A DNA stretch of 64,000 bases from Vampirovibrionales bacterium (GTDB lineage: Bacteria; Cyanobacteriota; Vampirovibrionia; Vampirovibrionales; JAJTHC01), in NCBI GenBank assembly GCA_947458095.1, contig CANGYO010000001.1, positions 6,414-70,413 on the forward strand. Reading direction: 5' to 3'. Below, one piece after another: positions 36,294 to 45,151 of the stretch. Position 1 is the first letter of the stretch. Every line of letters starts with the position of its first letter. The translations under genes were made by a program, and so were the position numbers. The notes beneath the pieces are model-generated. The model was given only the letters and a program-made list of their open reading frames with translations. It did not search any database and was not told the origin of the DNA.

Positions 36294-36752
36294 TTGGAAC
36301 CTCTCGCCATGATTAACAGCATTACCCAAAACTATGGTACGCATCAATGGATGTCGACCCAACCTTCGCCAAGCACTACAGACAACAAAGTAGCTGATTG
36401 GGGCGTTTCTGCAAAAAAAACAGAAGAAGCCTCCACAAAAAGAACTGTTGAAACAACACCTATCGCAACGAAGCCTCCAGAAAGTAAGTTAAATCTTTTG
36501 GGGTATAATGGACTCTTAGGGAATAATACCCTAGGTACTTCTTTTACACAGCCACTTGCGTTCAATCCGCCCAAATTAAACACTCCCCAAGCAATAGATA
36601 CATGGAATACCATTCAAGCGAACGCCTTTATGCCTGCAAATCCTAACGATATTCTAAATCCGCAGACCACATCGTTCAACACGACCCCTAACTTAGGAAA
36701 TGGCTCACTCGGCACGAATTTGCTTACGGGTCTATTCAGTAAGCTAACGTAA
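36294..36752 (+). CDS. Hypothetical Asn/Thr-rich low-complexity protein
   Basis: The 152 aa ORF has a biased composition and no recognisable domain. It contains an A8 run in its coding sequence. Confidence 0.3.
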   Translation: MEPLAMINSITQNYGTHQWMSTQPSPSTTDNKVADWGVSAKKTEEASTKRTVETTPIATKPPESKLNLLGYNGLLGNNTLGTSFTQPLAFNPPKLNTPQAIDTWNTIQANAFMPANPNDILNPQTTSFNTTPNLGNGSLGTNLLTGLFSKLT

Positions 36753-36868
36753 CGATTCCGTTACATAGATAAAAACATTGACGTGGACGTTAGGGTTTTG
36801 TTAGACTGGACGTATCCAAAATAAGCAGGTCTGACGCTTATTTTAAATGTCTGTGTGGTGAATCTTAA

Positions 36869-37360
36869 ATGTCTGCTCTGTCGTCTCAACATAGGTTTGT
36901 AAAATCATCGGATGCCTTGATGACCATTGGCACCCTCGCCAAAGCCTGTGGCGTGACGGTTCGTGCGTTGCGGTATTATGAAGAGCTTCAACTAATTTGT
37001 GCCACCCAGCGTAGCGAAGGGGGCTACCGCCTTTACGATGCATCCGCCCAAAAGCGGATTGCCGCTATTTTGACCTTGCAGGACCTCAACTATTCGCTGG
37101 ACGATATTTTGGAGATACTCGGCAAGGCGTCAGACGGCAATAGCTTGCCCTTGAAGGCTCAACGCATTGAACGTAGTCGCACGTTGTTGGAGCGTCAACA
37201 CCAGTGCTTAAGCGAAAAGCTTGCAAGCCTCACCGCCTTACAGACCGATTTAGCCAAACGCCTTGCGGTGCTTGAAACCCAGTGCACCCCTTGCGAAACC
37301 CATAACCCCGATGCTGGGGCGTGCCAAAGCTGTGAGCATCAAGACACCCACTGGCATTAA
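36869..37360 (+). CDS. MerR-family transcriptional regulator with a Cys-rich C-terminus (CX2CX9CX2C)
   Basis: It has an N-terminal HTH ([26 protein letters not shown]) and a coiled coil, and the C-terminal [19 protein letters not shown]. The start may be the ATG at 36920. It lies directly upstream of sufB. Confidence 0.7.
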   Translation: MSALSSQHRFVKSSDALMTIGTLAKACGVTVRALRYYEELQLICATQRSEGGYRLYDASAQKRIAAILTLQDLNYSLDDILEILGKASDGNSLPLKAQRIERSRTLLERQHQCLSEKLASLTALQTDLAKRLAVLETQCTPCETHNPDAGACQSCEHQDTHWH

Positions 37361-37386
37361 GCCCATTAACTAAAAAAGGATTCCCC

Positions 37387-38823
37387 ATGACCAGCACCCT
37401 AGACGTCATTAACGAAGATTATAAATACGGCTTTACCACCGACATGCCCATGGAAACCTTCGCCAAGGGCTTGAATGAAGACGTTATTCGTGCGATTTCA
37501 GCCAAAAAAAATGAGCCTGACTGGATGCTTCAATTTCGCCTAGACGCCTACAAGCAATGGCAAAAAATGGAAGAACCGACTTGGGCAGATGTTGATTACG
37601 ACCCCATTGATTATCAAGCCATTAGCTATTATTCCGCACCGAAGAACTTGCCCAAAAAGCAAAGTTTAGATGAAGTGGATCCTGAATTGTTGGCGACCTT
37701 TGAAAAGTTGGGCATCCCTTTGAATGAGCAAAAAAAACTCGCCAATGTCGCCGTGGATGCGGTCTTTGACAGTGTTTCGATTGCCACGACCTTTAAGAAA
37801 GACCTCGCCAAGCACGGCGTGATTTTCTGTTCCATTTCAGAAGCCCTTGAAGAACATGCGGATCTCGTCAAGCAATACCTTGGATCCGTCGTGCCAGTCA
37901 CCGACAACTACTTTGCTGCTTTGAACGCCGCTGTTTTCACCGACGGTTCCTTTGTCTACATTCCTGAAGGCGTCACCTGCCCCATGGATCTGTCGACCTA
38001 TTTTCGGATTAATACGGAAGAGTCAGGTCAATTTGAACGCACTTTGATTATTGCGGATAAAAACGCCAAAGTCAGCTATTTGGAAGGGTGTACGGCTCCT
38101 GCGTTTAGCACCAAGCAGTTACACGCTGCGGTGGTTGAACTCATTGCCCTTGATGATGCCGAAATTAAGTATTCCACCGTGCAGAACTGGTTTGCGGGCG
38201 ATCCCAAGACAGGGGCAGGCGGGATTTACAATTTTGTGACCAAACGAGCCCATTGCAAAGGCGATCGTAGCCGTGTGTTTTGGACGCAAGTGGAAACAGG
38301 ATCCGCCATTACATGGAAGTACCCCAGTTGCGTGCTAAAAGGCGATGATTCGGTCGGCGAGTTTTACAGCGTGGCACTTACCAACCATTTCCAACAAGCC
38401 GACACTGGCACGAAGATGATTCACATTGGCAAGAACACGAAAAGCCGTATTGTCTCAAAAGGCATTAGTGCAGGGGTTTCGAAGAATTGTTACCGTGGGT
38501 CTGTGGTGATTAAGCCCAAAGCCGAGAATGCTCGTAATTTTACGCAGTGCGATAGCATGTTGATCGGCTCGACCTGTTCAGCGAATACGTACCCTTATAT
38601 CAATGTGGAAAATCCGACGGTGCAGTTGGAACATGAAGCGTCGACCTCCCGTATTAGTGAAGACCAGTTGTTTTACTTTCAAAGTCGTGGTATACCTATG
38701 GAAGAGGCGGTCACGGCGATTGTCAACGGCTTTTGTCAGGATGTCTTTAATGAATTGCCAGCTGAATTTGCCGCCGAAGCCACGAAATTACTTTCTCTCA
38801 AATTAGAAAATAGTGTCGGTTAA
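37387..38823 (+). CDS. sufB: Fe-S cluster assembly protein SufB
   Basis: The 478 aa ORF shows SufB conservation ([34 protein letters not shown]...). Confidence 0.9.
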   Translation: MTSTLDVINEDYKYGFTTDMPMETFAKGLNEDVIRAISAKKNEPDWMLQFRLDAYKQWQKMEEPTWADVDYDPIDYQAISYYSAPKNLPKKQSLDEVDPELLATFEKLGIPLNEQKKLANVAVDAVFDSVSIATTFKKDLAKHGVIFCSISEALEEHADLVKQYLGSVVPVTDNYFAALNAAVFTDGSFVYIPEGVTCPMDLSTYFRINTEESGQFERTLIIADKNAKVSYLEGCTAPAFSTKQLHAAVVELIALDDAEIKYSTVQNWFAGDPKTGAGGIYNFVTKRAHCKGDRSRVFWTQVETGSAITWKYPSCVLKGDDSVGEFYSVALTNHFQQADTGTKMIHIGKNTKSRIVSKGISAGVSKNCYRGSVVIKPKAENARNFTQCDSMLIGSTCSANTYPYINVENPTVQLEHEASTSRISEDQLFYFQSRGIPMEEAVTAIVNGFCQDVFNELPAEFAAEATKLLSLKLENSVG

Positions 38824-38860
38824 AAAAGTCTCCTCGTATTATATTTAAAGGAAAGCCCCC

Positions 38861-39634
38861 ATGTCCACTCCCATTCTCCAAATCACGGATCTACACGCGA
38901 AAGTCGTCGACGGCCCCACGATCCTCAACGGCATTAGCCTCACCATTAACGCTGGGGAAACCCACGCCATTATGGGACCCAACGGCTCGGGCAAAAGCAC
39001 CTTGAGCAAGATTTTGTCAGGGCATCCCAATTTTGAAGTCATTTCAGGCGAAGTCTTGTTCCTAGGGCAGAACTTGCTTGAACTTGAAGCCGACGAACGA
39101 GCCAGAGCAGGCGTGTTCTTGGCGTTTCAATACCCTGTTGAAATCCCTGGGGTCAACAACGCCGACTTTTTACGCTTGGCTTACAACGCCAAAGAAAAAG
39201 CCCAAGGACGTGAAGAACTCGATGCCGTCGCTTTTAAAGACGTACTAAAAGCCAAGTTACCCATCGTTGAAATGGCGGAAGAATACCTCGATCGTGCCGT
39301 CAACGAAGGCTTTAGTGGTGGCGAAAAGAAACGCAATGAAATCCTGCAAATGGCAGTTTTAGAGCCTCGTTTAGCGGTTTTAGACGAAACCGATTCGGGT
39401 TTGGATATTGATGCCTTGCGTATCGTGGCAGGCGGCGTGAATCAGTTGATGAATCCGCAAAACGCCATGATCGTCGTCACGCACTACCAACGCTTATTGG
39501 ACTACATCGTGCCTGATGTCGTGCATGTTCTCGCCCACGGACGCATCCTCAAAACGGGAGACAAATCCCTTGCCCTTGATCTTGAAAGCCGTGGTTATGA
39601 CTGGTTACTAGAAGAAGCCGGCTTAACTGCTTAG
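38861..39634 (+). CDS. sufC: Fe-S cluster assembly ATPase SufC
   Basis: It has a Walker A (GPNGSGKST), the ABC signature ([13 protein letters not shown]) and a Walker B ([12 protein letters not shown]). Confidence 0.9.
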   Translation: MSTPILQITDLHAKVVDGPTILNGISLTINAGETHAIMGPNGSGKSTLSKILSGHPNFEVISGEVLFLGQNLLELEADERARAGVFLAFQYPVEIPGVNNADFLRLAYNAKEKAQGREELDAVAFKDVLKAKLPIVEMAEEYLDRAVNEGFSGGEKKRNEILQMAVLEPRLAVLDETDSGLDIDALRIVAGGVNQLMNPQNAMIVVTHYQRLLDYIVPDVVHVLAHGRILKTGDKSLALDLESRGYDWLLEEAGLTA

Positions 39635-39650
39635 AAAAGGAGGCATTAGA

Positions 39651-40952
39651 ATGTCCGCCATGTGTACGTTAAATCCCCCCGATCTTGAGTTAAGCCCTTT
39701 TGAAGCAGGCATCCAAGACGCCTTTCAAGACTTAGCAACCGATAGCCTCATGTCCTTGCGTCATGCCGCTAAAGCACGTTTTGACGTTCTTGGTTTGCCC
39801 AAACCACGCCGTCAAGAAGCGTGGAAGTATGTGGATGTGCAAGGCTTAAGCCGTCGTAGCTTTAGCCTGCCTCGCCCCAAAGGCGTCGACGAAGCCTTTG
39901 TAGAATGGATTTATCCAAAAGCCTGTCGCTTGTCCATGTTTAACGGTCGAATCTACAATCATGGCACTTGCGGGATGGTGCAACCCTTGGCAGATGCCGT
40001 CATCGCCAACCCCGAACGCTTGGCTCGTTTAACGCACGACGTGCATCAAACAGATGACGCCCTGAGCTTGTTGAACGTCGCTTTAGCTCCCGAACCGTAT
40101 AGCTTGCATGTGCCAGCGGGGAAAACAATGGAGCGTCCTCTTGAAGTGGTGATTCATCACAATAAGGCTTCCAATAGCTTTCCTGCGTTTTACATTGAAC
40201 TAGACGAGAATGCCACAGCGGATGTCCTCATCCGCATTAAAGGCGACAAGCACAGTGTGGGAAGCACTTATGTGCAGGGGTTAATCCATGTAAGCCAAGC
40301 CAAAGGGAGTCGTTTGAATTTGACGGTGTTAAGCAATATCGCTTATGCGGGCTACAATTTCTTCAATACCCAAGCAGTTTTAGCCGAAGATGCTCAACTT
40401 AAGCTTTTTAGCACCGCCTTAGATGCCGAGCATTTCCGCCACCGCATGGATGTCACCCTTGCTGGTGAACGAGCCGATGCCACGCTCAACGGCTTGTCGA
40501 TTCTTTCAGGCCAGAACAAAACGCATATGCACCTTCGTTTGACGCATGCCGTGCCAAACTGCACGTCTAGCCAGCAATTCAAGGCTGCTATTGGGGGTTC
40601 TGCCTTACATGAGTTTGACGGCACGATTTTTGTGTTGAAAGACGCCCAACAAACCGATGCCAAACAGTTGTCTCGTAACTTGTTGTTGTCCGCCAAGGCG
40701 AAAGCCTTTGCTCGACCATGGTTGCAGATTGATGCCGATGATGTGAAATGTTCGCATGGAGCGACGGTGGGTCAGCTCGATGAAGCCCAGCTCTTTTACT
40801 TGCAAAGCCGAGGCATCACCGAAGAGCGTGCGAAAGCCCTGCTCACCCAAGGCTTTTGCGACAGCATGTTGAGCGACACGTATTTGGATGCCCACGTGAA
40901 GCGTTACTTTATGAAGCGTGTGCATTGTGCCTTGGTCGCCGCCACTATATAA
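39651..40952 (+). CDS. sufD: Fe-S cluster assembly protein SufD
   Basis: The 433 aa ORF has a SufB/D-family C-terminal beta-helix and follows sufC. Confidence 0.8.
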   Translation: MSAMCTLNPPDLELSPFEAGIQDAFQDLATDSLMSLRHAAKARFDVLGLPKPRRQEAWKYVDVQGLSRRSFSLPRPKGVDEAFVEWIYPKACRLSMFNGRIYNHGTCGMVQPLADAVIANPERLARLTHDVHQTDDALSLLNVALAPEPYSLHVPAGKTMERPLEVVIHHNKASNSFPAFYIELDENATADVLIRIKGDKHSVGSTYVQGLIHVSQAKGSRLNLTVLSNIAYAGYNFFNTQAVLAEDAQLKLFSTALDAEHFRHRMDVTLAGERADATLNGLSILSGQNKTHMHLRLTHAVPNCTSSQQFKAAIGGSALHEFDGTIFVLKDAQQTDAKQLSRNLLLSAKAKAFARPWLQIDADDVKCSHGATVGQLDEAQLFYLQSRGITEERAKALLTQGFCDSMLSDTYLDAHVKRYFMKRVHCALVAATI

Positions 40953-41005
40953 TCATGGTATGATTTAATAAAGTTCTTTTAAGCAAATAATACAAGGGGA
41001 TTACA

Positions 41006-41620
41006 ATGTATCGTGTTGATCGCAATAATTTCTACGAGAATACTAAAGTAGCTACAATTTATACACCTGAAAAAATGAGTGCGTTGTTATTTGAAATTTT
41101 AAGTCCTCAAATTAGAAACGGGCTTATTTTTGATCCCTGTGTGGGACAAGGGTCTTTACTGAAGCCATGGATGAACGGAGGGTACTCTGTTTTAGGTGTT
41201 GATATTGAAGAGCAAGGCTTTGAAAATACTATTGTAAAAAACTATCTCACTGTTGAAAAAGGTGAGTTAGCAACCCCTTCTTTGGTGATTATGAACCCTC
41301 CATTTAATATTGATGATAAAACAAAGGATTATATTAAAGCCACCTATGGGAGTCGCCCTTTATTACCCGAAATATGGCTGTTGAAAGCGATTGAACTTTT
41401 TGGCAAGAATATCCCTATGGCAATGTTTACACCTTACGGCTTTAGGCTTAATCAAACGGTTAACAGTAAGCGTTGGCAAAGATTCCAGCAAGGGGACTAT
41501 CCTGAAATATCGAGTATTATTAGTTTGCCTAAAGATTTGTTTGAAGGCATTCTGTTTCATAGTGAAGTCTTGATATTTAACGTTAAGGGTCTAAAAGGAC
41601 ATTACTTTTATGATGGCTAA
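41006..41620 (+). CDS. Small gamma-class N6-adenine DNA methyltransferase (R-M island, low GC)
   Basis: Motif I is IFDPCVGQGSLL and motif IV is VIMNPPFN. The local GC (~35%) is much lower than that of the flanking suf genes. Confidence 0.7.
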   Translation: MYRVDRNNFYENTKVATIYTPEKMSALLFEILSPQIRNGLIFDPCVGQGSLLKPWMNGGYSVLGVDIEEQGFENTIVKNYLTVEKGELATPSLVIMNPPFNIDDKTKDYIKATYGSRPLLPEIWLLKAIELFGKNIPMAMFTPYGFRLNQTVNSKRWQRFQQGDYPEISSIISLPKDLFEGILFHSEVLIFNVKGLKGHYFYDG

Positions 41621-42338
41621 GTCAGAAGATTTAAGAAAAAATATAAATCAGCATAAGCCTAAAAATGAAAAATCGAAATTAGATGACAAGCTCATTTATC
41701 AAGCGATGTATGACACAATTGATTATCTAAATCAACGTTTTGAAAAAGCTGATAATTTTAAAGGATATACGCTGAAATTTCAAGACAATTTAAGCTATGA
41801 AGAAATGATTTCCGTTATTAAACGCTCTAATTTAAGAACGGAGTATGAAGCTTTTTTCAGAAACTGTACGATTAAGCCTGACGGTGGTGTTATTGTGCTT
41901 ACACGAAGTAATGATCCCGATTTTTTTAAAATTGTTTTGGTTTCTGAAGTAAAACGTCAAGGCACTAATGATGTTCGTCAAGAAGAAGGTAAGAAAAAAC
42001 AATCTCAGGGCAATGCCATTGAACGTTTAGGTAAAAACCTTACAGGCATTAAAGCAATGTTGAATCACGAAAAAATAACCCCCTTTGTTTGTTTTGGTTG
42101 GGGATGCGATTTTAATCAAAAGTATACAGATGATGATTTTGTCATGGCGAAAATTAGCATGTTAAATGAGTTTTACCCACTCAATAAAATCTATGTCCAT
42201 AAAAAAGATGGCAGTAGTGACCAAAATTATTTTTCGCCTACTTCCATGTTTTTTAGAGAAGAAGCTTGGACTAAAGAAGAGATGTTTGAGATTTTGAAAG
42301 AAGTCGGTGAAACCTCTATTCGATATTACTTATTTTGA
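41610..42338 (+). CDS. EcoRI-family type II restriction endonuclease (recognition site may be GAATTC or a relative such as CAATTG)
   Basis: It has an EcoRI-like catalytic region (IKPDGGVIVLTRSNDPDFFKIVLVSEVKRQG) and GNAIERLGKN. It also has a C-terminal ...EEMFEILKEV block resembling the EcoRI ...KIMFEIMFD block recalled from memory. It overlaps the methyltransferase gene by 11 nt. Confidence 0.7.
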   Translation: MMAKSEDLRKNINQHKPKNEKSKLDDKLIYQAMYDTIDYLNQRFEKADNFKGYTLKFQDNLSYEEMISVIKRSNLRTEYEAFFRNCTIKPDGGVIVLTRSNDPDFFKIVLVSEVKRQGTNDVRQEEGKKKQSQGNAIERLGKNLTGIKAMLNHEKITPFVCFGWGCDFNQKYTDDDFVMAKISMLNEFYPLNKIYVHKKDGSSDQNYFSPTSMFFREEAWTKEEMFEILKEVGETSIRYYLF

Positions 42339-42358
42339 AAGTTAAGGTATTGGAATAT

Positions 42359-43639
42359 ATGATTATTGCAAATCCATCACCCCTCATTGCGGTTGACTCG
42401 TTTTCGGGCGAAAGTCTTACGCCTAACGAAGTCCTCGCCTTGCGTGGAGACTTCCCCATTTTCAAGACCCACGTCAACGGCAAACCCTTGGTGTATCTCG
42501 ACAACGGAGCCACCACGCAGAAGCCTCAAGCCATGATCGGTCGCATTAGTCGCTTTTACGCCGAAGAAAACGGCACCGTGCGTCGAGGGGTGTATCACTT
42601 GACGGCTCAAGCAACCTCTGCTTTTGATGCCGTGCGTGAGCAAGTGGCGGATTTTCTCAACGCCCCCAATGCGGAAGGCGTCGTTTTTGTGCGTGGTTGC
42701 ACCGAAGGCATCAATTTAGTGGCGTTTTCGTATGGACGTGAACACCTCAAAGCGGGCGATGAAATCCTCATCACCGAAATGGAGCATCACGCCAACTTAG
42801 TGCCGTGGCAAGAACTGTCTAAAGATTTAGGCACGGTGCTTAAAATTATTCCCATGAATGATGAAGGCGTGCTGGATTTAGAGGCTTATGCGTCTTTGTT
42901 GTCTGAAAAAACCAAGTTCGTGAGCCTGATTCATGTATCCAACGCCTTAGGCACGGTGAATCCTGTGAAAGAGATGATCCGTCAAGCTCACGCCGTGGGT
43001 GCGAAAGTCCTCATCGACGGGGCTCAATCGACGCCTCATATGAGCGTCGATGTGCAAGACTTAGATTGCGATTTCTTCGTCTTTAGTGGGCATAAGGTCT
43101 ATGCCCCCACAGGCGTAGGCGTGCTATGGGCAAAGCCTGAAATCCTGAATACCATGCGTCCGTATCAAAGTGGAGGCGATATGATTGATGTGGTGACACA
43201 CGCCAAAACCACTTTTTTAGATGGGCATCGGCGTTTTGAAGCAGGCACCCCTGCGATCGCTCAAGTCATCGGGCTAGGGACGTCCTTGTCTTATGTGCAA
43301 GCCATTGGCTTAGACCGTATTGGGCGTTATGAGCAGGCGCTTTTGGCGTATGCGACCGAAGCCCTCGAAAGCATCGAGGGCTTGCGGATTTACGGCAAAG
43401 CCCCTCATAAGGCGGCGGTGATTTCCTTTTTGGTGGGGGACGTGCATCCGCTGGATTTGGGGACGCTCTTGGATTTGGAAGGCGTCGCCATTCGCACGGG
43501 GCATCATTGTGTGCAACCCTTGTTGAAGCATTACAATGTAAGTGCGACGGCTCGGGCGAGCTTTAGCTTTTACAACACCTTTGCCGATGTCGATGTTTTG
43601 GTGTCGGCGTTACGCAAGGCGATCCGTTTGTGCGGCTAG
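42359..43639 (+). CDS. sufS: Cysteine desulfurase SufS
   Basis: It has the PLP-binding SGHKVYAPTGVGVLW and the active-site RTGHHC. An alternative TTG start lies at 42335. Confidence 0.9.
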   Translation: MIIANPSPLIAVDSFSGESLTPNEVLALRGDFPIFKTHVNGKPLVYLDNGATTQKPQAMIGRISRFYAEENGTVRRGVYHLTAQATSAFDAVREQVADFLNAPNAEGVVFVRGCTEGINLVAFSYGREHLKAGDEILITEMEHHANLVPWQELSKDLGTVLKIIPMNDEGVLDLEAYASLLSEKTKFVSLIHVSNALGTVNPVKEMIRQAHAVGAKVLIDGAQSTPHMSVDVQDLDCDFFVFSGHKVYAPTGVGVLWAKPEILNTMRPYQSGGDMIDVVTHAKTTFLDGHRRFEAGTPAIAQVIGLGTSLSYVQAIGLDRIGRYEQALLAYATEALESIEGLRIYGKAPHKAAVISFLVGDVHPLDLGTLLDLEGVAIRTGHHCVQPLLKHYNVSATARASFSFYNTFADVDVLVSALRKAIRLCG

Positions 43640-43716
43640 TTTTATAGCAGGTATTTGGAGATGCAACAAGCCCGACCTGTGTAGCTATTGATTCAACCTT
43701 TTTGAAACTGTAGGGT

Positions 43717-44043
43717 CTAAGCTTGTTTATTTAAAAGAGGGCGTGTTCCACTAAAAGCCTTAGGGTTAGATGCTTCTAGTTGGTAGATAGCCTCAACTAA
43801 TTCTTCAAAACGTTTCTGCGTGGTTTCTGGAATAGAAATGAGGTCTGGATTTTCTGCTGCAAAATCAAGCTTCGCTTTAAGTGAGGTAAGAAATGTCGTG
43901 AATGAATTTTGATATGTTTGAAAATTGTTGTGATCTCCTTCTACCAAGCTTTTTTTTGCTCGCTCTATAAGGCGAAAAGAAAAATCTATATCCGTATTTA
44001 TACCTGATATGAAGGAGGGTACATGTATATGCTGACGAGACAA
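43717..44043 (-). CDS. Hypothetical protein in an AT-rich segment
   Basis: The 108 aa ORF uses a TTG start and has no recognisable domain. Low-GC surroundings extend from 43640 to 44230. Confidence 0.3.
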   Translation of the reverse strand: MSRQHIHVPSFISGINTDIDFSFRLIERAKKSLVEGDHNNFQTYQNSFTTFLTSLKAKLDFAAENPDLISIPETTQKRFEELVEAIYQLEASNPKAFSGTRPLLNKQA

Positions 44044-44100
44044 GGGAGTAACAGCTTTACTTGGAACAAGACCAGAACCTGATCTGTGTGTGTTTAAAGC

Positions 44101-44112
44101 GGGGGGGGGGGG
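44101..44112. repeat. Homopolymeric G12 tract (C12 on the minus strand), about 58 nt upstream of the 43717-44043 ORF
   Basis: The local sequence is gtttaaagc-gggggggggggg-cgagatg. This is a classical slipped-strand mispairing substrate. Confidence 0.8.
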
Positions 44113-44226
44113 CGAGATGTAACGAAGAAATAGACATAAGTAGAATCCTTAACTGCGAATTATGTAATAAGTAAGTAAACTTAAGTGCTTACATTTACAT
44201 AAAAACACCCTCAACCCAAAAAGATG

Positions 44227-44808
44227 CTAGTAGTTTTTAGGCGGAATCACGAGTTCTTGATCCAATTTCAAGGCATCGCTTTTGAGATTATTCGCTTTCT
44301 TCAAACGAGCCACGTAATCAGGCGAATAAGATCCGTAAAACTTGTGAGCAATCCCACCTAAGGTATCGCCACTTTTTACGCTATACATGGTCGCTTTCAC
44401 GGCTTTTTCACCTGTGGGTTCAGCCGTCGGTTCAGCACTCACATTAGGGGACGCTTTTCCCACAACTTGAGGAGCTTTAACCGTTTTAGGAGCTTCTTTG
44501 GTACTTTCTTGAACCACGGTTTGACTCACAGCATCCATCGAAGGGGTTTGAGGGCGTGAACTAAAGACCCAAAAGAACAAGGTCGTCAAAATTAAACCTG
44601 TGAGCAAGCCTGCCACAAAAGTGAGCAAAGGATGATGCTCTTCTTTAATATCGGAAAGCACTTGTGTGTCCGCTGTTTGAGACCACAGTACATCGAGTTC
44701 TTTTTGAGCGGACACAGGGGTACTGCTTTCATTACGCAAGTAAACACCTAAGTTTTCAGAAGGCGTGATATTTTCACTTACAGGGGTTTCTACAGAAGGA
44801 GTCGCCAT
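44227..44808 (-). CDS. LysM domain membrane protein
   Basis: It has a TM helix (LLTFVAGLLTGLILTTLFFWVF) and a C-terminal LysM (YSVKSGDTLGGIAHKFYGSYSPDYVARLKKANNLKSDALKLDQELVIP). Confidence 0.75.
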   Translation of the reverse strand: MATPSVETPVSENITPSENLGVYLRNESSTPVSAQKELDVLWSQTADTQVLSDIKEEHHPLLTFVAGLLTGLILTTLFFWVFSSRPQTPSMDAVSQTVVQESTKEAPKTVKAPQVVGKASPNVSAEPTAEPTGEKAVKATMYSVKSGDTLGGIAHKFYGSYSPDYVARLKKANNLKSDALKLDQELVIPPKNY

Positions 44809-45151
44809 AATGGGTTTCCTTTTTTAATTGAATCCATTTACAAGCAAAACGCAAATGGGATGAGGGGGTAAATCAGTAAACTTAAGTAACCGAAGGTCAC
44901 CATAACGAAAAGAGGGATTCTATAAGAACGCACATCAACGGTTTTTCGGGGTGTGACGGCAAAGAACCTTACAGAAACGGACACTTTTACAAATACAATC
45001 ACCATTATAAGGCAAACATGCAAGACGTGACAAAAATGTGAAGCTATCGTAACAGAAGAGGCAGTTCTTCACGTTTTTTGTTACATTTGTCCCTTGTTTG
45101 TGTGATAATTAGGTTCGAAGACCTAAAAATTATTTAGAGAGAGTTTCACTC

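Noticed and set aside
36413-37520. A8 runs inside ORF 36294-36752 and inside sufB
   Set aside because: The sufB tract encodes KK in frame in an essential gene and the other tract is in-frame in a hypothetical ORF. With no evidence of frameshifting, neither is called a phase-variation site.
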